From the NCBI RefSeq assembly GCF_046119375.1, contig NW_027362771.1, forward strand, positions 262,260,001 to 262,324,000: a DNA stretch of 64,000 nt, read 5' to 3'. Made by a program: the position numbers and the translations under genes. This DNA is from Phyllobates terribilis (taxonomy: Eukaryota). Every line of letters begins with the position of its first letter. Position 1 is the stretch's first letter. Shown here piece after piece: positions 51,166-64,000 of the stretch. The notes beneath the pieces were generated by a model that saw only the letters and a program-made list of their open reading frames with translations, was not told the DNA's origin and did not search any database.

Positions 51166-54093
51166 TTAGTATAGCAATCAATTATAATGTCAAGTCAATC
51201 CCATATGCATTTGTATCCCATGAACCTACAACTTCCAGTGTGGACTTAACAATGGTAAGGAGATTCTGGGAGTTGTTGTTATCAGACTTTGTCAGACTGC
51301 GGGCCATACAAGAATCACAGTACTAATCAGATTAATCAGTATCAACAAGTAAACATTTACATCCAGGTACCTTATAGGTTACATCTTCTCTGATTGAGTT
51401 GTTTCTTTCTTTTCATCTTCATCTTGTCCTGACGCCATGATAACTTTTTACATCCACAACTCTTCTCTCCAGATTTCCTTTTTCCAAGTCATCTGCAGCA
51501 CATTCCAACAAAGTGCCCTTAAAAATAAGACTGTCATTATAATTCCCTCTGCATAAAAATTTCTGTCCATACTATGCCCCAAAAAGCCTCCAATGGTATA
51601 TTGCCTCCACACTGTCTGCCGTAATGATCTATAACCACCACACTGTCTGCCATTATCAGCTATTACCGCCTCACTGTCTGCCATTATCTGCTATAGTCAC
51701 CACACTGTCTGCCCTTATGAACCACGGTCTATACCATGGCTGTCCCTTTTCTACTCTTTTTCCCTTAAACTCTCCACAATCTCCCTGCCATGCTAACCTC
51801 TCTCCATACTGTGACCCCATTTCATGCTGACCCCTCTTCATATCCATTCTGTCCTCCCTTTTCACACTATGCCCTCATACTGCCCACCACAATGTCCTCT
51901 CCAAGCTGTACCCCCTCCTCACACTGTCCCCCTACAGGGTATGATGGTCACCAAAGCAGCCCAAACAGTATGTAATCCAGAATGGTTCCCTAAAATACAC
52001 TATGAAGTACACCACAGCCCACCATCTATAATATACTTACCTTGTAATGTCTTCACATCCTGTTCCGTCCAGATGTGTCCAGATCCCAGAATTCCAAGCG
52101 GCGGAAGTTTGTCAACCACCATATTGGGACACCCAAGTGATGGGTGTCTCAATATGGAAACCGCTGGTGGTACCAGCCTCTTACGCGGTACCACCAGCGG
52201 AACACCGTCGCGAACACGCCGCCACCGGGATCAGCCAAATGATTCTCTGACCACCGCCATCTTTGTACAGGAGGAGCGCATGCGCAGTTGTAATGTGACC
52301 GTCGCTATCTGCCTGCACAAAGATGGCGGCGTTCTGATTTACTGCGCGATGAGACAGCTCAAACGAGAGAACACATGAGGGAAGAAGACAGCACAGGGGT
52401 GGAGAGAGAGCAGACAAGGAGGAGAGCACATGGGGTACACAGGTCACAGAAGAGATCACATGAGAGAAGACAGCAGATGGGGGAGAGAGAAAGCGCACAG
52501 GGGGAGAGAGACAGAGCACAGGGGGGAGACAGCTCAAACGGGACAGCACATGAGGGGAGAACACAGCATAGGAAGGAGAGAGACAGCAGACAAGGGGGTT
52601 AGCACATGTGGTAGACAGGTCAAAGAAGAGAGCACAGACGGGAGAAGTCAGCACATGGGGGAAAGAGAGAGTGGATAGGTGGGTGAGCACATGGGGGGGA
52701 GAGATTCTCAGTGCTGCAAAGCCTGCCCCCATCGTGACATTTCCGCCCTCCCGCATCGGGCCTCCATCTAGTGCAATATAATGTCCAACACAGACACCCA
52801 ATATACAGTATGATGTCCACCACAGCCTGCTATACAGGATAATGTCTTTAACAGCACCCTATACAGTATGGTCACCACAGACCCTAATAAAGTATGGTCA
52901 CAACAGCTCTCTTTACAGTATGATTTCTCCACAGCCTTCAGTATAATGTCCTCCACAATCCCTTATACATTATGATGCCCCCTACAGCTCTCTATGTAGT
53001 ATATTGCCCCCACAGCCCCCTGTATAGTATGATGCCCTCTGCAGTTCCCAATATAATGTCCCTCACAGCCCCTATACAGTATGATGCCTCCAACATATCA
53101 TATATGGTGTCATGTCCCCCACAGCTCCCAGTATAATGTTCTCCACAGTCTCCCATATAATGTAATTTCCCCACAGCCAACCCCTCTTTGTCCCCAAATC
53201 CAGCCTCTCTTATGTCCCCACAGCCATCTCCACGTATGTCCCCACAGCAAGCTCTATGTATGTCCCCACAGCCAGCCCCTCTTGTTATGCCCCCATTCAT
53301 TCACAAACTAATATAAGATAAATAAAAAAAAACATTTACTCACATAATGCAGTCTCCTTGTGCAGCGCAGCTCTGTCTCCTCTTCTATAAAGTACAGCAG
53401 TGGGCGCTGGATGGCGCGATGACACCACTGCATTGCGCCATCCAACATGCCCTGCATGCGCTGTCTCCAACAAGGTTCAGGCCGGAAGTGGCCTGCGTTC
53501 TGTTGAAGTTCAAGATGGAGCAGGGAGCTAATTACAACCCCTCTTCTCCTGTCCTGGCCGGGGCGTAGGGAAAGACTGTGGTGACCATTGTCAGTGACTG
53601 ATACTGTTCACTGTGCCCGCGCCCCAGCCGTCACTGTGCTGAAATGCCTGTGGCCAGAGGGAGGTGTTGGGCGGCCACAAGCATTCAGCAATGTCATTTT
53701 TTCCCCTATAGTTCACCCCTCGGAGAGGCAGGAGGCAGCGTCAGTCTTGAAATCCGCAGTGAAAATTTGTCCGCTTCAGCAAGTAAATATGAAAATGGAA
53801 AGAGTGCTGCCAGATTTAATAAAAAAAAATTCAAACCTTTATTTAATCTTCATTAAAATTTCTTATGCAGGTCAGGGAAAAGCAGTAAGAAATGATGCGT
53901 CTCGAGCGTTGAACAGTTTTAGTGATATCATAAACAATGCAGATAGGAAATCCTTTTAAGAGCAAAGATCACTCCCCCTCAAGTGATGTCACACAAATAT
54001 TTACATATGAATAAACAAAATTAAATTTCATAAAACATTGAATGACGATGGATCAAATATATGGGAAAGGCTATACTACACCCAATTAATATA

Positions 54094-55662
54094 CACTGCT
54101 CAAAAAAATAAAGGGAACACTCAAACAACAGAATATAACTCCAAGTGAATCAAACTTCTGTGAAATCAAACTGTCCACTTAGGAAGCAACACTGATTGAC
54201 AATAAATTTCACATGCTGTTGTGCAAATGGAATAGACAATAGATGGAAATTATTGGCAATTATCAAGACACCCTCAAAAAGGAGTGGTTCTGCAGGTGGG
54301 GACCACAGACCACATCTCAGTACCAATGCTTTATGGCTGATGTTTTGGTCACTTTTGAATGTTGATTGTGCTTTCACACTTGTGGTAGCATGAGACGGAT
54401 TCTAAAATTCACAGAAGGTAGTGCAGCTCATTCAGGATGGCACATCAATGCGACCTGTGGCAAGAAGGTTTGCTGTGTCTGTCAGCGTAGTGTCCAGAGG
54501 CTGGAGGCGCTACCAGGAGACAGGCCAGTACACCAGGAGACGTGGAAGGGGCCGTAGGAGGGCAAGAACACAGCAGCACGACCGTTACCTCCACCTTTGT
54601 GCAAGGAGGAACAGGAGGAGCACTGCCAGAGCCCTGCAAAATGACCTCCAGCAGGCCACAAATGTGCCTGTGTCTGCATAAACTGTTAGAAACCGACTCC
54701 ATGAGGGTGGTATGAGGGCCCGACGTCCACAGATGGGGGTTGTGCTCACAGCCCAACGCCGTACAGGACGCTTGGCATTTGCCGCAGAACACCAGGATTG
54801 GCCAAGTCGCCACTGGCGCCTTATGCTCTTCACAGATTAAAGCAGGTTTACACTGAGCACATGTGACAGACGTGACAGAGTCTGGAGACGCCGTGGAGAG
54901 CGATCTGCCTGCAACATCATTCAGCATGACCGGTGTGGCAGTGGGTCAGTAATGGTGTGGGGTGGCATTTCTTTGGAGGGCCGCACAGCCCTCCATGTGC
55001 TCGCCAGAGGTAGCCTGACTGCCATTAGGTACCAAGATGAGATCCTCAGACCCCTTGTGAGACCATATGCTGGTGCGGTTGGCCCTGGGTTCCTCCTAAT
55101 GCAGGACAATGCCAGACCTCATGTGGCTGGAGTGTGTCAGCAGTTCCTGCAAGATGAAGGCATTGAAGCTATGGACTGGCCCTCCCGTTCCCCAGACCTG
55201 AATCCGATTGAGCACATCTGGGACATCATGTCTCGCTCCATCCACCAATGTCACATTGCACTACAGACTGTCCAGGAGTTGGCGGATGCTTTAGTCCAGG
55301 TCTGGGAGGAGATCCCACAGGAGACCATCCTCAACCTCATTAGGAGCATGCCCAGGCATTGTAGGGAGGTCATACAGGCACTTGGAGGCCACACACAATA
55401 CTGAGCCTCATTTTGACTTGTTTTAAGGACATTACATCAAAGTTAGATCAGCCTGTAGTGTGTTTTTCCACTTTAATTTTGGGGGTGACTCCAAATCCAG
55501 GCCTCCATTGGTTAATAAATTTGATTTCCATTGATGATTTTTGTGTGATTTTGTTGTCAGCACATTCAACTTTGTACAGAACAAAGTTTTCAATGAGAAT
55601 ATTTCATTCATTCAGATCTAGGATGTGTTATTTGAGTGTTCCCTTTATTTTTTTGAATAGTG
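54094..55662 (+). mobile_element. Tc1 family A copy 3, full length, defective
   Basis: TA TSDs at 54092-93 and 55663-64; same TIRs as copy 1. TAA at 54679-81 and 54838-40. QDNARPH and SPDLNPIEHIW present. Confidence 0.95.
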
Positions 55663-56559
55663 TATAATAAGTCATTGTGGAAATTCATGCTATTAGGAGA
55701 GCAAGTATTGAGCTGTAATATCCAGATATTATCCCTATTAAGCTGGACTTTACACCAGTCACCACCCTGTTTGGGTTTATTAACCTTTTCAATCACAAAA
55801 AAAAACGAAAAAATTTGTAATTTGTGTTTGTCCAAAAAAATGCCACAGGCTGAGCTTCACAGGAGCGTGTGATTTACACTATATAATGCAGTATTCTGTT
55901 TTTGTAGCATACAATATAAGCGTTCACATGATTACGAATTTAAGTCCCTTAACGCCTTCAAAACATTTGACGTAAGTTTACGAAAATTACGTAAATTTAC
56001 ATCATGGCGATCATGCGGGAACAGGAGCTGTGCCCTCACAATCAATGCCAAGCTTAAGTTATAACCGAGACCTGGCTGTCAGTGCTAGGAACAGTGCCTG
56101 CAGCGTAACACCCTACATGTAGCGATCGCAGCCATAGGCGGATTATAATGAGGGCAATCCGGGCTACCGCCCGGGGCCTCGGGCCTCCAGGGGGCCTCGG
56201 GCTCCGGGGTGTCTATGGCCAGATTGCCCTCATTATATGTGCGGCACATACTGGCAGACAGTGGCGGGGGGGCCCCCGGACCGCTCCCCCAGCAGCGGCG
56301 CACGGACGCTGCTTCTTCTCCGGCAGGGCCAGCACTGCAGCAGTTAACTTCCCTGTGCTGGCCCGGCCGCGTCACTGCTAGGAGACACGGCCCTGTGCGC
56401 GGCCGTGTCTCCTAGCTGTGACGCGGCCAGGCCAGCACAGGGAAGTTAACTGCTGCAGTGCTGGCCCTGCCGGAGAAGAAGCAGCGTCCGTGCGCCCGGC
56501 CTGCAGTGCTGCACCGGAGAGGAGCAGCAGGAGGACTGGAGCGGAGCCGGGGGGATGGT

Positions 56560-56593
<34 letters not shown>

Positions 56594-56783
56594 CTGTGTC
56601 TGTGTGTGAGAGTGAGTGTGGTGTGTGTATGTGTGATTGAGTAAGTGTGTGTGTGTGTGCAGGCAGATATCATTGTGTGATGTTTGTTTATATGTATTTT
56701 TGTGTTTCAAATGTGTTTATGCGTGTATATGTTTGTGTGTGCGTGACTGCGTGCAGCCTCCCTCTGACTCTGGGGGGGGCGCC

Positions 56784-57341
56784 GTGCGGCCTCCCGCTGT
56801 GTATAGATGGCTACGTGCGGCCTCCTGCTGTGTATAGATGGCGCTGTGCGGCCTCCTGCTGTGTATAGATGGCTACGTGTGGCCTCCCGCTGGGTATAGA
56901 TGGCGCTGTGCGGCCTCCTGCTGTGTATAGATGGCTATGTGCGGCCTCCCGCTGTGTATAGATGGCTACGTGCGGCCTCCCACTATGTATAGATGGCTAC
57001 GTGCGGCCTCCTGCTGTGTATAGATGGCGCTGTGTGGCCTGCTGCTGTGTATAGATGGCTACGTGCGGCCTCCTGCTGTGTATAGATGGCTATGTGCGGC
57101 CTCCCGCTGTGTATAGATGGCTACGTGCGGCCTCCCGCTGTGTATAGATGGCTACGTGCGGCCTCCCGCTGTGTATAGATGGCTACGTGCGGCCTCCCTC
57201 TGTGTATAGATGGCTACGTGCGGCCTCCCGCTGTGTATAGATGGCTACGTGCGACCTCCTGCTGTGTATAGATGGCTACGTGTGGCCTCCCGCTGTGTAT
57301 AGATGGCTACATGCGGCCTCCTGCTGTGTATAGATGGCTAC
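56784..57341. repeat. 31-bp minisatellite x18 (GTGCGGCCTCCCGCTGTGTATAGATGGCTAC)
   Basis: Directly visible; preceded by (TG)n tracts at ~56559-56660. Confidence 0.92.
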
Positions 57342-57375
57342 GTGTTTTCAATATTGAGTCATACAATTAATGTAA

Positions 57376-58209
57376 GGCTATGTGCTCACGATGCAGAAAT
57401 GCTCCGGAATGTTTTTGAGCGTTTCTGCATCTCCTTGGCAGAAAAAACGCACGTGGATTGTACATGCGGATTGTACATGCGTTTTTCCTGCCAGGGACAA
57501 GCGGATGTGAAGCGTTCTTCACATGTATTTCCGCATGCGGGTTATCAAGCACTTTTCCAAGCGATTTTAGCATCACTTGGAAAGTGCTTGACAACTTGGT
57601 CACACTATATAGATCCATGCAACCGGCATGGATTTATATAGTTTGACCGTAAAAGAATGTTTAAAAAATAAAAACTAAATATATAATTACCTTCTGATGG
57701 CCTGCCAACGTCAGCGGTCGCATGACCCGTCACATGACTAAATGACTCCACGGCAGGTCCTTTTCAGACCATCGTGAGCTGCTGGCAAGTCAGGACGCAT
57801 CTGATAAAGACACCGGGGGCCATCAGAAGGTAAGTATGATATTTATTTTTTATTTTATTCTTTTTTTTTTACAGGTACTATGGTACCTGGGTCTGGAGGA
57901 GAGTCTCCTCTTCTCCAAACCCGGGTACCATCCGCACATTGAAACACATGGAATCCGCATGTACAGATGCAGTGATGCGGATTACATGCGTTCCAATGCA
58001 AGTCAATGGCGGTGAAAACGCCGCGATTCCGCAAAATAATTGGTAATGCTGCGGATTTTTCCACAATGATAATCCGCAGCGGAAATTTCCGCAGCATGTG
58101 CACAGCACATGCGGATTATCATTGGGGAACATGGCAGACCTTCTACCATGCGTTTTTTAAGCGTTTCTGCAGCGGAATTGCTTAAAAAACGCATAGTGGG
58201 CACACAGCA
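57376..58209. mobile_element. Harbinger-like MITE nested in the hAT element
   Basis: TAA TSDs at 57373-75 and 58210-12. Termini GGCTATGTGCTCACGATGC / GCATAGTGGGCACACAGCA; same family as 1588-2369. Confidence 0.8.
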
Positions 58210-61197
58210 TAAAAAAAAATTATTATAATTAATATTGTGTCAAATTTCACGTGAACTATCACATGATCTATCACAGGGGATCATGTGACATGTGATACAT
58301 CAGGTGTGTGTGTGTGGGGGGGGGGGCCGCGCCTTCTAAACTGCCCGGGGCCCTTGCTACTCTTAATCCACCCCTGATCGCAGCATTTAGGAGGCTGAAA
58401 AAGGGAGTGGGCCCTTGCGATGCCATACTCCCTTCAGTTCGGCGGCATCGCAAGGGCCCGATCGTCATGATGGGTCAGCCAGCTACAGCAAGCCTTTTAG
58501 ACCATGCTGAGAGCATGGTGAAAGTGTAAGAGGCTTCTGTCAGTGTCTCACTAACAGGTATAATGCATTGCAGTGCTGGTGCTTTGCAATGCATTATACC
58601 AGGAATCATAGTGATAAAAGTTAAATTCCCATAGAAAGACTAAGTAAAAAAACTTTAAAAAAAATTGTAAAAATATATATAAAAAAAATCATAAAATAAA
58701 TAAACAAAAGAAAATATTAAACCAACAAATATGATAAGTATAAAAACAAAACAAATACACATATTTGGTATCTCCGCGTCCGGAATAACCTGACGTGTAA
58801 AACTGTCACACTATTTTATCTCTTCAGTGAACTCCATTAAAAAAAAAAAGTGGCAATAAAGCTATGCTTTTTCATCATACCGCAAAAAAAGTGGAATAAA
58901 ACACAATAAAAAAGACAAATATAAATAAAAATGGTATTGCTGAAAACGTCATCTTGTCCCGCAAAGAACAAGCTGCCATACAGAGGAGAAATAAAAAAGT
59001 TACAGCTGTCAGAGTATAGCAGTGCAAAAACAATTATTTTTTCTATTAAATTCTTTTTATTGTATAAAAGCGGCAAAACAAAAAAATGGTATAAATGTGG
59101 TATCTCTGTAATCGTACTGACCAGAAGAATGAAGTTGTCTTATCTCTTTTACTGCACAATAAAAGGCATTAAAAAGAAAACCTCAAAAAACTATTCCTGA
59201 ATTGCTGTTTTTTGTTCATTCTGCCTCCCAAAAATCGGAATAGAAAGTGATGAAAAAAACGTTATGTGAACAAAAATTGTACCAATAAAACGTCAACTCA
59301 TCCCACAAACAACAAGCCCTCACATATCGATTGCAGGCAAGTTTGAGTTCCAAAAGTCAAATGGTGCTCCTTCTCTTCCGAGACCTGCCAGGCCCCCAGA
59401 CAGTAGTTTTCCTCCACATATTGGTTATGGGCATACTCGGGAGAGATTACACAGTCCATTTTCTCTTGTTACCTTTGCAAAAATGCAAAATGTGGTTCTA
59501 AATCAACATTTTGGTGTGAAAAATTAAAATGTTAATTTTTTCCTTCCACATTGCTTTAATTCCTTCGAAGCACCTGAAGGCTGGTTTGAATGTGGTTTTA
59601 AGCACCTTGAGGGGTGCAGTTTTTAGAATGGTGCCACTTTTGGGCATTTTCTATCATCTAGGCCCCCCAAAGTCACTTCAGATGTGATCCCTAAAAAAAT
59701 GCTTTTGTAAATTTTGATGCTTTTGTCCTTAAATCTACCGTGAGCTGCTGGCAAGCCAAGACAAGGACACTGGGGGCCATCAGAAGATAAGTATAATATT
59801 TATTTTTTACCATTCTTTACGTCACACTATATAAATCCATGCCGGTTGCATGGATTTATATAGTGTGACCAAGTTGACAAGCACTTTTCCAAGTGATGCT
59901 AAAATCGCTTGGAAAGCGCTTGTCAACCCGCATGCAGAAATGCAAGTGAAGAACGCTTCATATCCGCTTCTCCCTGGCAGGAAAAACGCATGTACAATCC
60001 GTATGTACAATCCGCATGTATAATCCGCATGTACAATCCGCATGTACAATCTGCATGCGTTTTTTCTACCAGGGAGATGCAGAAACGCTCAGGAAATATC
60101 CAGAGCATTTCTGCATCGTGGGCACATGGCCTAAATCACCACTTTTTTATTTTATTTTCAAATGTATTTTTATTGTTTGTATTACCGCCTTTTTGTCCCA
60201 TTAACATAAATAAATTTAGATGAAAAAAAAATAAACATCATTGCCGTGTCTGTCAGTCTAATCTATCAAAATATAAATAGCAGCAAACACCTTAAAGAGA
60301 AAAAAATCGAAACATCAGCATTGTTTCTTTTTGGGCACAGCACTTACCTAAAAAAAATTAAACCCATCATTGGAAAAATAAAAAAGTTACAGGTCACCTA
60401 AAATGTCGACCGAAACCAAACTTTATATTTAGTTGTTTTTTTTTTACTAATTTCTAAATTTTTTTCATCACCTAAATATAAAAAAAATCGATGCAAATTT
60501 GGTGTTGCCGTAGTTGTACTGACCTGGAGAATCATGTTTCCAGATCATTTTTACTACGCAATGAATGAAAGTAAGATTATTTTTTGGGAGTCTTTGCAGA
60601 ATTGCATTTTTTCTCTATTGCATGCCACTTGGATTTTTTTTTTCTGTTTTTCAGTAAATTCTATGGTAAAATGAATGATCTTATTCAAACTACAGTACAT
60701 CAAGTCCTGCGAAAATTAGCCCTCATGTGGATTTGTCAGCAGAAAAATAAAAAAAGTTATGCCTCTTGGAAGAAGAGGGCAAGGGAAAAACAAAAGCCCA
60801 AAAATGAAAAATCGCATTAAGAGGTTAAAGAGATTATATGCTTTTGGCTTCAAATGTCTTGGCTTGGGTTAAAATAATAAAATCAGATGTTAATTACCCT
60901 TACCGGATCCAGTCAATAAACAGAAACCAGAGCAATGGCAGAGAAACAGCACAGGGGGGGATGAGTAATATCTGATATCTGATTTTGTTATTTTAACCCA
61001 GCGCAGGCCATCAGAAGCAAGAAGCCTATAAACGGAAAACCCCTAGCCTAAGGGATGTTCTTTATATGGTAACAGCATACATTTGTAATTGATATATGGC
61101 TCTCATCTTCTTACCACTCTTATTTGCTGTATATAGGTTTATCAATATCCTAGTTGTGTATAAAGCATTTGTTTCACAGAACATTGGGTTGTAGTAT

Positions 61198-61512
61198 CAA
61201 GGTTGCCAACTTGACTTTTTATTGTTTCTGGACATCTTATCAAAAAATCACAGTCAATATCTTTACGTACACATTTGAAAACCATAATAAATCATTATGA
61301 TTGTAAGTGCTACATGTCTACAGCCCATAATTCTGATATGTTGACATCATCTGCATTCTCTGTGAACTGTAAAGTGATGATAATTACAGCCAAATGAATC
61401 TGTTCAAGATTCTTCATTTTCCAAAGAATCATGGACACCTTAAATTTTTTTTACGGACAGGTGCCCTATTTTTACGGACTGTTCTGGAATTTCTGGATGG
61501 TTGGCAGCCCTG
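61198..61512. mobile_element. hAT-type MITE
   Basis: CAAGGTTGCCAAC / GTTGGCAGCCCTG. TSD TGTAGTAT / TGTACTAT. Confidence 0.8.
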
Positions 61513-61598
61513 TGTACTATACATAATTTTCAGGATACAATATTTGGACACCCCACCATCTTGCTTAACAGAACTTACAGTACGTAGTTCCCTTAGGT

Positions 61599-61786
61599 CA
61601 GTGTTCCCCAACTCCGATCCTCAAGAGCCACCACATATGATGATGTTTTCAGAATTTCCTTAGTATTGCACAGGTGATGGAATTATTGCCTGTGCTGGTG
61701 ATACAATTATCACCTGGGCAATACTAAAGAAATCCTGAAAAGATGATCTGTAGGTGGCTCTTGAGGACCAGAGTTGGGGAACACTG
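61599..61786. mobile_element. hAT-type MITE
   Basis: TIRs CAGTGTTCCCCAACTC / GAGTTGGGGAACACTG. TSD CCTTAGGT / TCTTAGGT. Confidence 0.85.
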
Positions 61787-63084
61787 TCTTAGGTGCTGTA
61801 ATGTTGGCTCGATACAGCTGTGATGAGTCTGGGTGTTACATCCAGACTATGTCCAGCCTTAGATCTAGCTATTTCCTGACCACTGGTGGAGTCTGGTTGA
61901 TCTGAAGAAGCATGGACTTTTCTAGTAGTACAGTGATTCTATATGAGCCTCCATTTTTGGCAGCATATTAATTCTAAATTCAAATGCTGGACAATTGGCA
62001 ATTTTTGGTAGCGATACTTTGATAACGATAACTTTTATGTAGATCAGTGTTGTTTGTAACTGTAATTTCTACATGTAAATGTAGCCTAACAGAGATGTTG
62101 AAAATGTCTGCTATAATGTAAACCATATAAACTAAATGTAACACTTACTTTTTCCCACTCCTGTGCCGGACTTCTCCTCTGTCCTACGTCACCTCTTTAT
62201 TCAGTGACTCCACTCATGCTGGGCATTGCACTCATCGATAGTCTTTAAGACCAAGGGGAGCACTCCCTTCTTGCTGTGCCCTCCATGTCATGGGCAGTGT
62301 AGTGTATTGTATTGTTATACCTTCCTGGTGCCATGTAACATGATGCCTCCATCTTGGATGTGGGACACCCCCATACCAAGATATGAAATCGGAAGGATTT
62401 TTATGTCTTATGCAGCTGGGTGGGTTCGCAAAACCGAGCCCCCATGTGAGGTAAACAACATGGGTGTCTCCTAGAGTTTTGGCCCATTACTAAAAACCAG
62501 AACGGCCATTTTACTTCATTCTTGCCCGGGACGTCAGACGCATGCACCCCTCGCTGCGTGGAAGAATCACATTTAATTTCCGGGGAGCCGTCCCCCCCAC
62601 AGAATCTGAGACCATCACCTCGTGGCGCAGGTTTTGCTATTACTTATCCCTTTTATTTTAATAACTGTTTTATGCATATATGTAAATTGTCTCTTTTATA
62701 ATATCTTGTATATCTTTTGTAAACACTGCCCACTTTCGGGAGTAAATCATTATTATTTACCAGCTTTGTTCTTCTTGTCCTATGTCGAGCAAACACATTC
62801 CTCACCCGCTAATGCACGTTACCTAACTGGTACCCGATCCACCTGTTAAGCGATTGGTGGTGGCAGTATACCAGTATTTATGTGATATTGTGGTTTGAGG
62901 GTGGCTGGACGGAGGTATATATACGTTCCTGGAAGGAACTGGTGGTATACATACGTCCTGTCACATCACGTGCCACAATAGTCGACATAAATGAGAGCAG
63001 CTGTGCCCTGTTGCTTATCCTCGGTCAATACCGTGTTTGACCAGCAGGATAAGGGGGCGCCAGAGGGCTGCAAGGTCTGACCAA

Positions 63085-63819
63085 GTGTGTTTTGGAAAAG
63101 TGCTTGACAACTTGTTCACACTATATAAATCCATGCAATCGGCATGGATTTATAGTAGTGTGACCAAGTTAGTTAAAGAAAAAGAATAAGAATGGTAAAA
63201 AGTAAAAAAATGAAATTTATACTCACCTTCCGTTGTCTTCCCGGTGTTATCTCCCCCGTGTCCAGTGTGTTGGGCGGCTCGCACTATTGTGAAGGACCTG
63301 CGGTGACGTCATTGAGCCATGTGATGGGTCACAATACTCAGTGACGTCATGGCAGGTCCTTCACAACAGCGCGAGCATTGCAATAGACTGGACGGAGCGG
63401 ACAAAACACCGGGAGAACATCGGAAGGTGAGTATAAACTTTATTTTTTATTTTTTATTTTTTTTTTACAGTTACTATGGTACCCAGGTCTGGATGAGAGT
63501 CTCCTCTTCTCCAAACCCGGGTACCATCCGCACATAGAAACAAATAATATCTGTGTGTACAAATGTACTGACACGGATATTATGCATTTCAATGCAAGTC
63601 AATGGCAGCTATTACGCTGCGTGTCCGCAAAATTAATGGACATGCTGCGGATTTTTGAGCACAGCATAAACGCTGCGGAAAAATCCGCAGCATGGGCATT
63701 GACATTACGGCTTGTCATTGGGGACCATGGGGGGCGGATTACCAAGCGTTTCCCAAGCGTTTACGCTGCGGAAATTCCGCAGCATAAACGCTTGGAAAAC
63801 GCGTAGTGGGCACGCAGCC
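63085..63819. mobile_element. Harbinger-like MITE, 5' end eroded (family of 1588-2369)
   Basis: Shared interior (GGTACCATCCGCACATAGA, ATTGGGGACCATGGGG). End GCGTAGTGGGCACGCAGCC|TTA. Confidence 0.75.
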
Positions 63820-64000
63820 TTACTCCCCTCTCTGCCTGATATCACTGTCAGTACGCCTGCACTTTTACTGGGCTGTCTCTTGACAGCATGGTTGATTTTG
63901 TCTTTGTCCTCTGTTTGTGAGCTGGCTTGTTCATGTTTTTCCCTCAACTCACTCTACAGGCCAGCAGCTTCTCTATGGGCACGACCCAGGGGTCCCCGCA

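Larger units (their letters stand above)
56133..58376. mobile_element. hAT-type non-autonomous element nested in the piggyBac-like element
   Basis: Perfect 8-bp TSD ATCGCAGC at 56125-32 and 58377-84. Termini CATAGGCGGATTA / TAATCCACCCCTG, with GCCCGGGGCC subterminal motifs. Confidence 0.85.
55953..60824. mobile_element. piggyBac-like non-autonomous element (AT-rich) hosting nested insertions
   Basis: TTAA|CGCCTTC... start (TTAA at 55949-52) and ...AAGAGG|TTAA end (60825-28). No transposase seen; superfamily inferred from TSD and termini. Confidence 0.55.

Noticed and set aside
62298-62977. Possible solo LTR (TG...CA)
   Set aside because: No TSD or second copy could be verified; boundaries are ambiguous.
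41171-64000. CCDC146 exon 3 (expected LxxxGK...KAKY..LH) and other host exons
   Set aside because: No acceptor-bounded segment with that translation was found by eye; candidate acceptors near 53867 and 63960 do not translate to CCDC146-like sequence. Probably beyond the window.

Overview
Vertebrate genomic DNA, most likely amphibian (frog-like; inferred from repeat content and gene similarity from memory, no search run). It holds the head-to-head FAM185A/CCDC146 locus. FAM185A is on the minus strand: coding exon 1 at 8978-9344 and exon 2 at 5880-5989, with later exons not found in the window. The first coding exon of CCDC146 is on the plus strand at 40989-41170 (ATG 41000). Between them is a 16.6-kb satellite (17.9-34.5 kb) of 23/27-bp units. 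It contains nine copies of a ~142-bp block that looks like a non-coding first exon ending in a 5' splice donor. Most of the rest is transposon-derived: a DIRS-like retrotransposon end, a full-length defective Ty3/Gypsy chromovirus, five Tc1 copies or relics, a 4.2-kb hAT relic with nested MITEs, a piggyBac-like>hAT>Harbinger nest, many MITEs, a V-SINE, an L2 tail and several minisatellites. Best leads: (1) the satellite-amplified putative exon 1, and a possibly split bidirectional promoter; (2) a minimal hammerhead ribozyme-like motif at ~12445-12491; (3) a self-priming PBS and a PEG10-type frameshift signal in the chromovirus; (4) a DIRS ORF1 that appears to need splicing and offers an in-frame acceptor to FAM185A exon 2. 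Most long ORFs in the track are repeat or TE artefacts.
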